Shown in pieces: positions 52,342-63,402 of a stretch of 64,000 nt of DNA. The DNA is from Polyangiales bacterium. Its GTDB lineage: Bacteria; Myxococcota_A; Polyangia; Polyangiales; Ga0077539. The stretch is from positions 992,001-1,056,000 of the forward strand of contig JBGARZ010000001.1 of assembly GCA_044229975.1 (NCBI GenBank), written 5' to 3'. Under the pieces are notes generated by a model, which searched no databases, had not been told where the DNA came from, and was given only the letters and a program-made list of their open reading frames with translations. A program made the position numbers and the translations under genes. How positions within the stretch are numbered: position 1 is the stretch's first letter; each line of letters opens with the position of its first letter.

Positions 52342-54773
52342 CAGTACTCCCCCGTCAGGCCGATGGCCGGAAGGATGGGCAGCCCCGGAAACGGAACGCG
52401 CTGCGAGAAGTCGTACTGGTAGAGCCAGTTCTCGACGTTCTGCGCGTAGTAGGCGTTGATGACGTCGAGGTACGCGGACATGCGCCACGGGCCCCAGCGG
52501 AAGCGGTAGTCCACGCGCACGTCGAGCTGGTGGTAGACGGGCAGTCGTTCGGTGTCCGAACCATCGGTGGCGCGCGGCGGGTTGATGGACCGATAGCGGT
52601 CGACGTCGGCGTCGTAGAAGGACCCGGTGACGAGGCGGCGCGGCGTGCCCGAGGCGAGCTGGAAGCGACCGCCGATGCGCCAGCGGGTGTTGATGTCCCA
52701 CGAGAGCGCGAGGTTGAGCACGTGGGTCTGGTCGAAGTTGAAGGGCACCACGGTGCCGTCGCCGACGTACCGCTCGCTGCGCGACAGCGTGTACGAGACC
52801 CAGCCGTAGACGCCGCGTTCGAGCTTGCGGCGGATGAGCACTTCGAGGCCGTACGAGCGACCCTCGCCGTCGTCGACGATGGACACGCGCTGCGGCCCGT
52901 TGGGCGTCGCGACGACGTCGCTGGAGTTGCGGGTGAGCCGGTACATCCGCGAGAAGAAGCCCGTGAAGCGGGCCTCAATGCTCCCGGGGAGGTTGAGCTC
53001 GACGCCCGCCGAGGTCTGCCACGAGCGCTGCGGTCGTAGCGTCGGGTTGCGCACACCGGGCACGAGGTTGAAGAAGGGCGGCTGCTGGTGGAAGAAGCCC
53101 GACGCGACGTTGGCCACCACGCGGGGATGGAGGCGCAGGCGAAGCACGGTGCGCGGGTCGCTCACCCAGGTGTCGACGAGCGCGTACTTCAAGCGATCGA
53201 GGCGCAGGCCCGCGGTAAACTCCACCGGCCCCGCGCGGAAGACCTCCTCGATGTACCCCACGACGCTGAACTGCGTGAGCCGCGGGCTGAACGCCAGGAT
53301 CGCCGGGTCGAAGGCGGGCGGCGGGACGCTCCCGATGTTGTCGGGCAGCGGCACCTGGAGGTTGGCGTCGAAGAGGATCGTGAGGATGTCGAGGCCGATG
53401 GTGGTGGTGAGGTGCTGCCCCGTGGGGATGCGCAGCGAGGCGCGCTCGCCGAGGATGTAGCCCGTCGAGGCGAAGGACTGATCCTGCTGGCCGGGCACCT
53501 GGTTGGTGAAGGCGGTGTCGTCGACGCCGACCATGCCTGACAGGCTGAGCTGCATGCGATTGGGCAGGCCGTAGTCCCAGCGCGCGATGAGCCGATGGAA
53601 GGTGTACGCGAGGTCCGAGCTCTGCTCGGCGGCGGTCTGGCCGACGCCCGTGGCGGCCGAGCGGGAGAAGGTGTCGTTGGAGCCGAAGACGAAGAGCGAC
53701 AGCTTGCTGTGGGCGTTGAAGCGGTAGTCCGCGCGCACCTGGTAGTCGGTGTACTGGAGGTTGACGCCGTCGACGATGAGCGGGGCGATGAGCTCCAGGT
53801 AGCTGCGGCGCACCGCGAAGGCGACCGAGCCGCGACCGTGGTCGAAGGGCACGACGGCCATCGCGCTCGCGCGCAGCACGTCGACGGAGAACTCCAGGAA
53901 GGGTCGGTCGGAGGGCGGCGGCCGGGTCTCCAGCGAGATGACGCCGGCGGAGAAGCGGCCGTACTGGAGGGGGTAGCCGCCGGGGAAGAAGTCGAGCTGC
54001 CCGACCAGGCGCGAGGAGATGACCGCGGGCCCGGCGCCGAAGTGATAGAGCAGCGGGACGGGGAAGCCGTCGATGAAGAAGCCGGTGTTCTCGAAGGAGG
54101 CGCCGCGCACCACGAAGAACCCGAGACCGAAGGGTGAACGCGCCACGCCGGGCATCGCGGCGACGACACGCGTGGGCTCGCCGAGGGTTCCGGGGACGGT
54201 GGTGAGCTCCTCGCCGTGGAGGCTGAAGGTGGTGGCCGCGCCCGCCTGACGACGCGAGCGAACGGTGGCCTCGCCGGACTCCGGGTCGGCCGCGGGTGAG
54301 GTGACCGCGGGGCGCACGACGGGCGCGGCGGGTGCGCCAGGCGAGGTCGAAGGCGTCGGTGCGACGGGGGCGGTCGAAGGCGAGACGACGAGGTCGGCGG
54401 TGTCGCCCTCGTAGGGGTTGCGGGGAATCACCGAGCGGCGCGTCGGAGCGCGCAGCCGGAAGCGGAAGCGCATGCGGGCGGGCATCGCGCGGCCGCCCTG
54501 CTCGGCGGGCTCGAACACCATGCGGGAGGTGGCTTCGAGCACCGTGGCGTCGAGGTCGGGGCGCAGGCCCTCGACGACGACGACATCCTGCACATGGCCC
54601 GTCGCATCGACGGTGAACTCCAGGCGCACCGAGGCGCCGTCGGCGATGGAGTCGTCGTCGGGCAGCGGGACATCGGGCGCCGAGATGAGCCGCGGCGCGT
54701 GGTCGACGGCGAGCGCGAGCGACGGGACAGCGAGGGCGGCGAGACAGGTGAGCGAGGAGAGGAGGCGCTTCAC
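52341..54773 (-). CDS. TonB-dependent receptor with an N-terminal TonB_C-like domain
   Basis: GTG start with GTGA overlap. Signal peptide. VRLEFTVDATG...LDATVLEA..MVFEPA. Plug VPGTLGEP..PGV..VRG..FIDG..LYHFG..FFPGGY..YG. Barrel YGLEV, VSYTLSRSER, FDQTH, LDVRVDY. Ends with aromatic Y. Confidence 0.9.
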   Translation of the reverse strand: MKRLLSSLTCLAALAVPSLALAVDHAPRLISAPDVPLPDDDSIADGASVRLEFTVDATGHVQDVVVVEGLRPDLDATVLEATSRMVFEPAEQGGRAMPARMRFRFRLRAPTRRSVIPRNPYEGDTADLVVSPSTAPVAPTPSTSPGAPAAPVVRPAVTSPAADPESGEATVRSRRQAGAATTFSLHGEELTTVPGTLGEPTRVVAAMPGVARSPFGLGFFVVRGASFENTGFFIDGFPVPLLYHFGAGPAVISSRLVGQLDFFPGGYPLQYGRFSAGVISLETRPPPSDRPFLEFSVDVLRASAMAVVPFDHGRGSVAFAVRRSYLELIAPLIVDGVNLQYTDYQVRADYRFNAHSKLSLFVFGSNDTFSRSAATGVGQTAAEQSSDLAYTFHRLIARWDYGLPNRMQLSLSGMVGVDDTAFTNQVPGQQDQSFASTGYILGERASLRIPTGQHLTTTIGLDILTILFDANLQVPLPDNIGSVPPPAFDPAILAFSPRLTQFSVVGYIEEVFRAGPVEFTAGLRLDRLKYALVDTWVSDPRTVLRLRLHPRVVANVASGFFHQQPPFFNLVPGVRNPTLRPQRSWQTSAGVELNLPGSIEARFTGFFSRMYRLTRNSSDVVATPNGPQRVSIVDDGEGRSYGLEVLIRRKLERGVYGWVSYTLSRSERYVGDGTVVPFNFDQTHVLNLALSWDINTRWRIGGRFQLASGTPRRLVTGSFYDADVDRYRSINPPRATDGSDTERLPVYHQLDVRVDYRFRWGPWRMSAYLDVINAYYAQNVENWLYQYDFSQRVPFPGLPILPAIGLTGEY

Positions 54774-55228
54774 GTCCACCCCTCGACTCTTACCGGGATG
54801 AGCTTCGCCACGGTGGCGCGATCGACGAGGTTGCCCGGCGGCACGAGCGCGAGCCCGCCGTCGCGCGGCGCGAAGGCCAGGATGATGGGCCCCGCCTCGG
54901 CGGTGTAGGCGAGCTGCACGAGGAGGTCGCGCTCGAAGACGCGGCATTGCTTCTCGCAGCACCAGAAGGCTTCGCGCACGCGGTAGACGCCTTCGGGGGC
55001 GAGCGCGTCGAGGGTGCGCGTCCAGCCCGTCGAAGGCACCGTGACGCCGGTGTTGGTGAACTGCGCGCGGTGGTGGATCCACCCGGTCGGGAGGAAGACG
55101 CCGGGGCCGTGGTCGCCGTGGTTGTGGAAGGAGACGAGGCGCCCGGCGGGAATGGTCCCGAGCGCCGTGGTCGTGCGGTAGAGCCCGCACGGCGGGAGCG
55201 GCCCCGCGTCGGGCTCCGCCGGGGTCAT
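54770..55228 (-). CDS. Hypothetical protein with an internal duplication and His/Cys motifs
   Basis: Coupled to both neighbours (ATGA and GTGA). FHNHGD and CCEKQC. Confidence 0.65.
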   Translation of the reverse strand: MTPAEPDAGPLPPCGLYRTTTALGTIPAGRLVSFHNHGDHGPGVFLPTGWIHHRAQFTNTGVTVPSTGWTRTLDALAPEGVYRVREAFWCCEKQCRVFERDLLVQLAYTAEAGPIILAFAPRDGGLALVPPGNLVDRATVAKLIPVRVEGWT

Positions 55229-58200
55229 TCGCTCGCGGTGGCCTCGTCGGCGAAGAGCATCTCGACGTCGGCCCGGGTGAGGCCCTTCAGGCTGACGTTT
55301 TCGTCGGAGCCGAGCACGTTGGAGACGAGCTCACGCTTCTTGGCGCCGAGCTGCATGATCTTCTCCTCGATGGTCGAGCGCGCGATGAGGCGGTACGCGG
55401 TCACCACGCGGGTCTGACCGATGCGGTGCGCGCGGTCGGTCGCCTGATCTTCGACGGCAGGGTTCCACCACGGGTCGAAGTGCACGACGGTGTCCGCGCC
55501 GGTGAGGTTCAAGCCCGCGCCACCCGCCTTGAGCGAGATGAGGAAGACCGGAACGTTCTCGTTGCGGTTGAAGTGGTCGACCTTGTCCTGGCGGTCCTTG
55601 GTGGAGCCGTCGAGGTACTCGTAGGCCACGCCGTCGCGCTCCAGCGCCTTGCGGATGAGCGAGAGCATCTCGACGAACTGCGAGAACACCAGCGTGCGGT
55701 GCCCCGACTGGATCGCCTCCTGGAGGATCTCGCGCAGCGCGTCGAGCTTGCCCGCGTCGTCGTCCTTGAAGTCCCCGGGGATCTTCAAGAGCCGCGGGTC
55801 GCACGCCGCCTGACGCAGCCGCGTGAGGCCCGCGAGGATCATGATCTGGCTCTTGCCGATGCCCACGCGATCGATCTCGCCGAACACGTTCGAGCGCACC
55901 TGATCGAGCACCTGCTGGTAGAGGGCGCGCTGCGCCGCCGGGAGCTCGACCTCGCGCTCCACGACGATGCGCTCGGGAAGATCCTTGGCGACCTCGTTCT
56001 TGGTGCGGCGAAGCACCAGCGGACGGATGACGCCGCGCAGACGGCGGATGGCCTCGACGTCGCCGCGATCGATGGGACGCGCGTAGCGCTCCTCGAAGGT
56101 GGTGAGGTCGCCGAGCATCCCGGGCGAGAGGAAGTCGTAGATCGACCAGATCTCCGACAGGCGGTTCTCGATGGGCGTGCCCGTGAGCGCGAGCCGTCGC
56201 TGCGAGCGCAGCCGCTTGGCGGCCTTCGCGGTCGCCGAGATCGGGTTCTTGATGTTCTGCGCCTCGTCGAGGATCGCGTACGCGAACTCGTAGCGCTGGA
56301 GAAACTCCTCGTCCCGCCGCAGCAGCGCGTAGCTCGTGATGACCACGTCCGCCGTGTCGAGCTCGTGGAGCCGCTTCTCGCGATCGGGCCCGGTCCACGC
56401 GACGGCCCGCAGCGTCGGAGCGAAGCGCGAGATCTCGCGCAGCCAGTTGGTGACCACCGACGTCGGCGCGACCACCAGCGTGAGCGGCGCGCGCTTCGGG
56501 GGAGCGACCGCCGCGGGTGCTTCGACGACCACCTTCGCAGTCGCCGCCACGGGCGCGGGCTCTTCCTCGGCCACCTTCTTCTTGGTGACCTTCTTCACCT
56601 TCACCGCCTTCGCGGGCTCGGGCTCGGGCTCCGGTTCGGCCGCCTTCTTCTTGGTGACCTTCTTCACCTTCGGCGCCTTCGCCGCGTCGGCCTCGGCCTC
56701 GGCCTCGGGGGCCGCCGTCGTCGCAGCGGCTTCGAGCGTGCGCAGGTGGTCTTCCTTCAGCCACGCCAGCAGCGCGAGCGTCTGGAGTGTCTTGCCGAGA
56801 CCCATGTCGTCGGCCAGCACCCCGCCGGTCTTCGCCCGGTGCAGGAACACCAGCCACGAGAAGCCCTCGGCCTGGTACGGGCGCATCGTCGCGTGCAAGG
56901 ACTTCGGCGGAGTGATCTGCTCCATCGAGCCGTGGTCGGCGAGGCGGGCCAGCAGCTCCTTCGCCGCGGGCTCGACGCGTGCGCCGGGCAGGAGCCGCAG
57001 CAGGTCCTGCATGCGCCCCGCTTGTGAGAGCGGGATGTGCTGCCGACCCTGCGCGAAGATCTCCGCCATGCGGGTGAGCACCTCCTCCACCTGCTCACGC
57101 GAGACGGGCGCGAAGGTTCCGTCTTCGAGGCGCACGAGGCGACGGCCTTCGAGGAGCGCGCGGCGCAGGTCTTCTTCGTTGACCTTGCTGCCCTCGCTCA
57201 CGAACTCCACGTCGAGCGAGAGCCAGTCGACGCCCGACCCGACGCGGGCGCGCGGGGTGATGGGCGTGTCCCTCACCTGCACGTGCATCAGGTCGTCGGG
57301 GATGAAGCGATCCCAGTCATCGGGCAGCGAGCCGACGCCCTCCATCCAGAACGACACGGCCTTGTCGCCGCTCGCCTCGAACCACCCCGAGTGCTCTTCG
57401 GGCAACCCGAGACCCAGCTCGAAGAGTCGGTCGGCGGCCATGCGCTCGGCACCGATGTCGCGGCGGATCACCCTGGGCTTGGCGAAGTCCTCCTCCTCGC
57501 TCCCCTTCTTCGGAGGAATGATCGCGAGCGGCGGCGGCAGGTCGGCCGGCGGCACGTCGAGCTCCACGTCGCCGTAGCAGGCCCGCAGCGTCGCGCGCAC
57601 CTTCGACAGGTCGCCCTCCGCGCGCAGCATGAACGTCGGCGTGAGGTCGATGAGCGTCGCCACCGTCGAGAGGTCGGGCAGCTCGGTGCCCAGCGCGAGC
57701 GCCACCTTGGGGACGATCTCGCCGAGCAGTCGGCCGAGGTCTTCCATCGGGTGGAGGATCATCGGCGCGCGCGAGAGCCGCTCCAGCCAGGTGGGCGTCA
57801 CGCTGTCGGCGACCGTGCGCGCGACGCCCTGCACCGTGTCCACCTGCCAGGTGGGAGTGCCTTCAAACCACAGCCCCTGCGCGCCCGAGTACTTCCGGCC
57901 GTCGCTCTTGCGCTCGAACACCACCTTCGCCCGCACGCCCATGGCGCCCGCGGACTCCAGCTCCATGCGCGGGACGAGCGGGTCGTCGACGAAGCGCAGC
58001 TCCATCAGCGTCGGCTCGATGAGCACGCGGCGACCGCGCAGCAGCGTGAGCAGCTCGGCGGCGTCTTCCCCGCGGAGCTCTACGGCGGCCTGACGAGCGC
58101 CGCGGGCGTTGCGGGAGAGCACGCGGAGGATGTTGCGGTGCGGGCTCGCCGACGGACCGAGCGCTTCGAGCGCCGCGTCGGGCGTCATGGCCGTGCGCGC

Positions 58201-59052
58201 CTCGGCGTTGAAGGCCGTCACCGCGATGGCCATCGGCCGGAGCTGGAGCCGGTACTCGAACTCGGGGGCGCGCCGCGGGTCGGACGGCGGCAGCCACACC
58301 TGCCAGTTCATGCGGCTCTCGCCGGACACCACCGCGCCAGGCTGGAGCGGCAGCGACGACAACGCGCTGGAGCTGCTGCCCATGGTGCGCGGGCCGCCGC
58401 GATCGAGCACCACCACCTCGCGGGTGTGCTGCTCTTCGCCGCGATGCGGACGGCGGGCGGGCGACCCTTTGCCCTTGCGCCGATCGCCGCCACCCTCGTC
58501 GCGGGCGTGCGCCTGCGCGGCCTGCGCCACCTGAAGCGCCTGCTGCATGGCCGCCTCGCGCATGGGCTTCATGCGGTCGCGCAAGGACACCAGCAGCGCA
58601 GCGACGTGCTTGCAGTGACGCTCGGGGCCGCGCCACGCGGGGCACGTACACGCCGAGGTGAACGTGCCCAGCTCGGACACGTCGACGCGCACCACGTAGG
58701 GCTCGGCCGCGCGGCCATGAACGCGCCCCAGCGCCGCCCATCCGTCGATGCTGGCCTCCAGCACGTGACCGCGGCGGGCGTAGCCGCGACCCTTCTGGTA
58801 GGCGTTCATCCCGACGGTGCGGGAGAGCAGGCGCTCGCTCATGCGGGCGATGGCGAGCGTGGCCGGCGTCTGTGGGAGCGGGCCGTTGTCGACGGGCGTA
58901 TCGCCGCGCGGAATCTCCGGCAGCGCGTCCCCGTCGTCTCCGTCATCGTCCGTTGCGTCGGGCGGGTCGTCGACCCCGGTATCCTCGTCGCGCAACAGCT
59001 CGTCAGCCTCTGCCTGCTTCGGGTCTTTCGGACCGAGTTTCGTCACCGACAT
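55225..59052 (-). CDS. SWIM zinc finger-SNF2 family helicase-like ATPase
   Basis: CTCP...CKH. MRPYQ, LADDMGLGKT, VAPTS, DEAQNIKN, LTGTPIEN, LRRTK, FSQF, LDGST, SLKAGG, DPWWNP, QATDRAHRIGQ. Confidence 0.95.
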   Translation of the reverse strand: MSVTKLGPKDPKQAEADELLRDEDTGVDDPPDATDDDGDDGDALPEIPRGDTPVDNGPLPQTPATLAIARMSERLLSRTVGMNAYQKGRGYARRGHVLEASIDGWAALGRVHGRAAEPYVVRVDVSELGTFTSACTCPAWRGPERHCKHVAALLVSLRDRMKPMREAAMQQALQVAQAAQAHARDEGGGDRRKGKGSPARRPHRGEEQHTREVVVLDRGGPRTMGSSSSALSSLPLQPGAVVSGESRMNWQVWLPPSDPRRAPEFEYRLQLRPMAIAVTAFNAEARTAMTPDAALEALGPSASPHRNILRVLSRNARGARQAAVELRGEDAAELLTLLRGRRVLIEPTLMELRFVDDPLVPRMELESAGAMGVRAKVVFERKSDGRKYSGAQGLWFEGTPTWQVDTVQGVARTVADSVTPTWLERLSRAPMILHPMEDLGRLLGEIVPKVALALGTELPDLSTVATLIDLTPTFMLRAEGDLSKVRATLRACYGDVELDVPPADLPPPLAIIPPKKGSEEEDFAKPRVIRRDIGAERMAADRLFELGLGLPEEHSGWFEASGDKAVSFWMEGVGSLPDDWDRFIPDDLMHVQVRDTPITPRARVGSGVDWLSLDVEFVSEGSKVNEEDLRRALLEGRRLVRLEDGTFAPVSREQVEEVLTRMAEIFAQGRQHIPLSQAGRMQDLLRLLPGARVEPAAKELLARLADHGSMEQITPPKSLHATMRPYQAEGFSWLVFLHRAKTGGVLADDMGLGKTLQTLALLAWLKEDHLRTLEAAATTAAPEAEAEADAAKAPKVKKVTKKKAAEPEPEPEPAKAVKVKKVTKKKVAEEEPAPVAATAKVVVEAPAAVAPPKRAPLTLVVAPTSVVTNWLREISRFAPTLRAVAWTGPDREKRLHELDTADVVITSYALLRRDEEFLQRYEFAYAILDEAQNIKNPISATAKAAKRLRSQRRLALTGTPIENRLSEIWSIYDFLSPGMLGDLTTFEERYARPIDRGDVEAIRRLRGVIRPLVLRRTKNEVAKDLPERIVVEREVELPAAQRALYQQVLDQVRSNVFGEIDRVGIGKSQIMILAGLTRLRQAACDPRLLKIPGDFKDDDAGKLDALREILQEAIQSGHRTLVFSQFVEMLSLIRKALERDGVAYEYLDGSTKDRQDKVDHFNRNENVPVFLISLKAGGAGLNLTGADTVVHFDPWWNPAVEDQATDRAHRIGQTRVVTAYRLIARSTIEEKIMQLGAKKRELVSNVLGSDENVSLKGLTRADVEMLFADEATASE
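56574..56671. repeat. 29-bp exact direct repeat inside the SNF2 gene, encoding KVKKVTKKK twice
   Basis: CCTTCTTCTTGGTGACCTTCTTCACCTTC at 56574-56602 and 56643-56671. Confidence 0.9.
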
Positions 59053-59285
59053 CGCTCCCGTTCAGCGGTTTGCGCCCTGGGAGGAACTCATAGGGCGCTG
59101 TGCACGCTCATGGGACCCCTCCACTCTCCACACGGCGTGGACGCAATGGCTCATCTGTGTGGCTTCAGCCCTTGCGCGCGAACGCGGCTAACCCTCCATC
59201 GGGGCACCGTCGGCCACCCGCGCGGCCTCACCACTCTGTCTCGACCCCGTCTAGCACAGCCTTGCGCCGCACGAAACCACCGACG

Positions 59286-61964
59286 CTACACACCCTCAGG
59301 ACGGGGCGCCGCGCCGACCAGGAAGATGCCCACGGGCGACGCGACCACCAACGAAACGCTGCCGTCATAGAGGAAATCCCGCGCGAACTGCACCCGCACC
59401 CGGCTCGCCTCGACCACCGCGCCCACCGCCCCGTGGAGCGGAAAACGTCCCAGCCGATGATCGTCGTTGGCCGAGTAGACCTCCAGCGTCGCGTCGGGCG
59501 CCGTCGCCCGCACCACGCCGATGTCGGGGTATCCGTCGTGCGCGAGGTCGGGCGCATACACCGCCCCGACGCCGAAGTTGGTGGTGGGCTCGGGGCCTGT
59601 CGGGCCCACCGCGTGGATCTCCCGCCCCGCACGACCCGACACCAGCCGCATGCGCCCATCGGCCGCCGACGACACCATGATGTCCGGCGCGCCGTCGTCG
59701 TCGAGGTCGGGCCCCGCGCTCAGCGACTGCGTCGCGCTCCCGGGCTGGCAATACGCGTTGTCCCAGCGGGGTGTTCCCGTCGCGCCCGACAGCAGCATCA
59801 CGCAGCGCTGGCCGTCGCGGAGCATGCCCATGGCGATCTCCTCGGTGCCGTCACCGTCCACGTCGCCGACGGTGACGAGTCCGAAGTCCCTGGGCTCGGC
59901 GGGTCGCAACGACGCGGGCAATCGCCACGCGACGCGACCGCTCTGGAGCCCCACCGCGAGCAGCGTCGGCGCGCCCGACTCCGACGACACGAAGGCCACC
60001 ACCGCGGGCTCCGGACGACCGCGCACCTGCAACGTGAGCGGCCCGGTGATGCCCCACGCGCCCGGCAGCGCGATGCGCCGGAGGAGCGTCGACCGCGCGG
60101 AGCCCACCACGAGCAGCGCCCCGCGACGCGAATCGACGGCCACCACGTCGGACGCGCCGTCGCTGTCGAGGTCGGGCACGAGCGCGATGTCCTGGCTCTC
60201 GCAGCGCACCGGGACCCTCGACTCCGCGAGCGGCGCCGACACCCCGCCGCGGTGCAGGAACACCCGGCCCTCCACACACGTCGCGAAGCCGCGGACGCGC
60301 GGGCCCAGGGCCGGCGTGGCCGTGGTGAGGTGCGCGACGAAGGCCTGCGTCTGCACCCCGTCGAGGCCCGCGGGCAGCGCCATGTGGAACTGCTCGCCGA
60401 ACTCCACCGTGGTCTGCACCTCGCTCTGCGGGCTCCACGCGACCGCGACCGCGTCGCCGCCGAGCGCGCCGCCGTCTTCGTTGGTCGCGGCAACGGGTCG
60501 CAGCGGCTCGGGCTCCAGCGCGCGCACCGGCTCGACGCGAGCGACGGGCGGAGGGCGGGTCATGGACTGCCACCCGAGGTAGCTGCTACCGCCGCCGACG
60601 AGCAGCACCGCGAGGGCCGCCGCCGCGCCGACGCCCTTGGGGCGCCTCGTTCGGACGACGTGGGTGCGGTCGATGGACTTCGCTTCGAGCGCGGTGTGCG
60701 TGGCCGAGTCGCGCCACGGCATCTCGGGTTCGAGCGCTGGCTCGGGAAGCGTCGGAACGAGCGCGGGCGCCTTCGCGTTGGGCGGCGCGGCGACCTTGCC
60801 CATCGGGGGCGGCCCGAGGCTGTCGAGATCGAATCCGCCGATGGCGGTCGTGGCCGCGGGCTTGGGCGCTTCGGGCGGGCGCAGCGAGTCCTTGAGCGGC
60901 GGGCGCTCGGAGCTGCCCGGCGGGCGCAGCGAGGGCGCGATGGCGACGGGGTTGACGGGAATCGAACCGAGCGTGGCGGGCGCCGCGGACGACCGACGCG
61001 ACACGTCGGCGACGAGGGCATCGAGGTCGAAGTCGTCGCTGTCGGTGGGCGCCGGCGGGCGCGCCGTGGCCTTGGCGACCACCGTCTTGCTGGCGACGGG
61101 AGCGCCCAGCGGCGTGGCGTCGGAGAGCGCCGCTTCGAGCGCGATGCGCAGGGCATCGGCGTCGGTGAAGCGGCCGCCCGGTCGCACGTCGAGGGCGCGT
61201 CGCAACACCGTCACGACGGGCGCCGGGAGGGAGTCCGAGAGTGCGAGCGTACCCGCGGCCGCCGCGGCGAGGCGGGACGTCGCGTCGGCGCCGGGGAAGG
61301 GCATCGCGCCGGTGGCGAGGACGTGGAAGAGCACCGCCGACGACCAGACGTCGGTCTCCATCGTGGCGTCGCCCGCGGCCCATTGTTCGGGCGCGGCGAA
61401 CTCGCCGCCGACCGGCGCAGGTCGGGCGTCGAGGCCCTCGCGCAGCTCGCCCTCGCGACCGAGCTCCACGAGCTGACCACCCGGCAGCAAGCGCGCGCGT
61501 AGCCGACCATCGGCGCCGACGAAGAGGGTGACGTCGCGAGGCGCGACCGCGCGGTGGACGATGCCACGACCGTGCAGGACGCCGAGCGCGACGAGGACGT
61601 CGAAGACGATGGCGCCGGCGACGTGGAGGTTGAAGGCGCCCTGCCGATCGACGCGCTTCTCCAGGGTGTCGTCGCCGTACCAGGGCGTGACGGCGAAGAC
61701 GCCGCCCTGGGGTTCGGCCGCGAGGTCGAGGACGGCGCCGAGGCGCGGGTGGCGCAGCTCGCGGAGGTCGGCTCCTTCGGTGACCATGCGCTGCATCGAG
61801 CGGGGCCCGAAGAAGTTGGCCGGGTAGTACAGCACCATCACGGGCTGATCGGAGCCCACCATGGAGGCGCACCATGCCTGCGGGGCATTGGACACCGGGG
61901 CCAGCGAAGCGAGGACGTAGTGGCCCGCGAGGGTCGTCCCGACAGGGAGCGTCGAACCGGACAT
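59286..61964 (-). CDS. Receptor-like pseudokinase with a TM segment and FG-GAP/integrin-like repeats
   Basis: Kinase fold remnants (HPRL, HRAVAPRDV, AAPEQ, TDVWS) without the VAIK Lys, HRD Asp or DFG. TM AALAVLLVG. Repeats PDLDSDG, GDVDGDG, PDLDDDG, PDLAHDG. Confidence 0.8.
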   Translation of the reverse strand: MSGSTLPVGTTLAGHYVLASLAPVSNAPQAWCASMVGSDQPVMVLYYPANFFGPRSMQRMVTEGADLRELRHPRLGAVLDLAAEPQGGVFAVTPWYGDDTLEKRVDRQGAFNLHVAGAIVFDVLVALGVLHGRGIVHRAVAPRDVTLFVGADGRLRARLLPGGQLVELGREGELREGLDARPAPVGGEFAAPEQWAAGDATMETDVWSSAVLFHVLATGAMPFPGADATSRLAAAAAGTLALSDSLPAPVVTVLRRALDVRPGGRFTDADALRIALEAALSDATPLGAPVASKTVVAKATARPPAPTDSDDFDLDALVADVSRRSSAAPATLGSIPVNPVAIAPSLRPPGSSERPPLKDSLRPPEAPKPAATTAIGGFDLDSLGPPPMGKVAAPPNAKAPALVPTLPEPALEPEMPWRDSATHTALEAKSIDRTHVVRTRRPKGVGAAAALAVLLVGGGSSYLGWQSMTRPPPVARVEPVRALEPEPLRPVAATNEDGGALGGDAVAVAWSPQSEVQTTVEFGEQFHMALPAGLDGVQTQAFVAHLTTATPALGPRVRGFATCVEGRVFLHRGGVSAPLAESRVPVRCESQDIALVPDLDSDGASDVVAVDSRRGALLVVGSARSTLLRRIALPGAWGITGPLTLQVRGRPEPAVVAFVSSESGAPTLLAVGLQSGRVAWRLPASLRPAEPRDFGLVTVGDVDGDGTEEIAMGMLRDGQRCVMLLSGATGTPRWDNAYCQPGSATQSLSAGPDLDDDGAPDIMVSSAADGRMRLVSGRAGREIHAVGPTGPEPTTNFGVGAVYAPDLAHDGYPDIGVVRATAPDATLEVYSANDDHRLGRFPLHGAVGAVVEASRVRVQFARDFLYDGSVSLVVASPVGIFLVGAAPRPEGV

Positions 61965-62108
61965 GCGACGTCATTGGTACAACCAAACACCGCACCGCCA
62001 CCACCCGACAGTTGGCCACTATCGCTCGTCGGTGCTTGACCCCGCGCGCGGACACCCGTTCACTCCGACGGGACTGGCGATCCGATGGGAGTACAAGCGC
62101 TCGAACCG

Positions 62109-63377
<1,269 letters not shown>

Positions 63378-63402
63378 TCGCGGCCCCCCCTTCGCGAAGA
63401 GG

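Noticed and set aside
62036..62064. TTGACC-17nt-TTCACT sigma-70-like promoter
   Set aside because: The -10 match is weak and cannot be supported from sequence alone.
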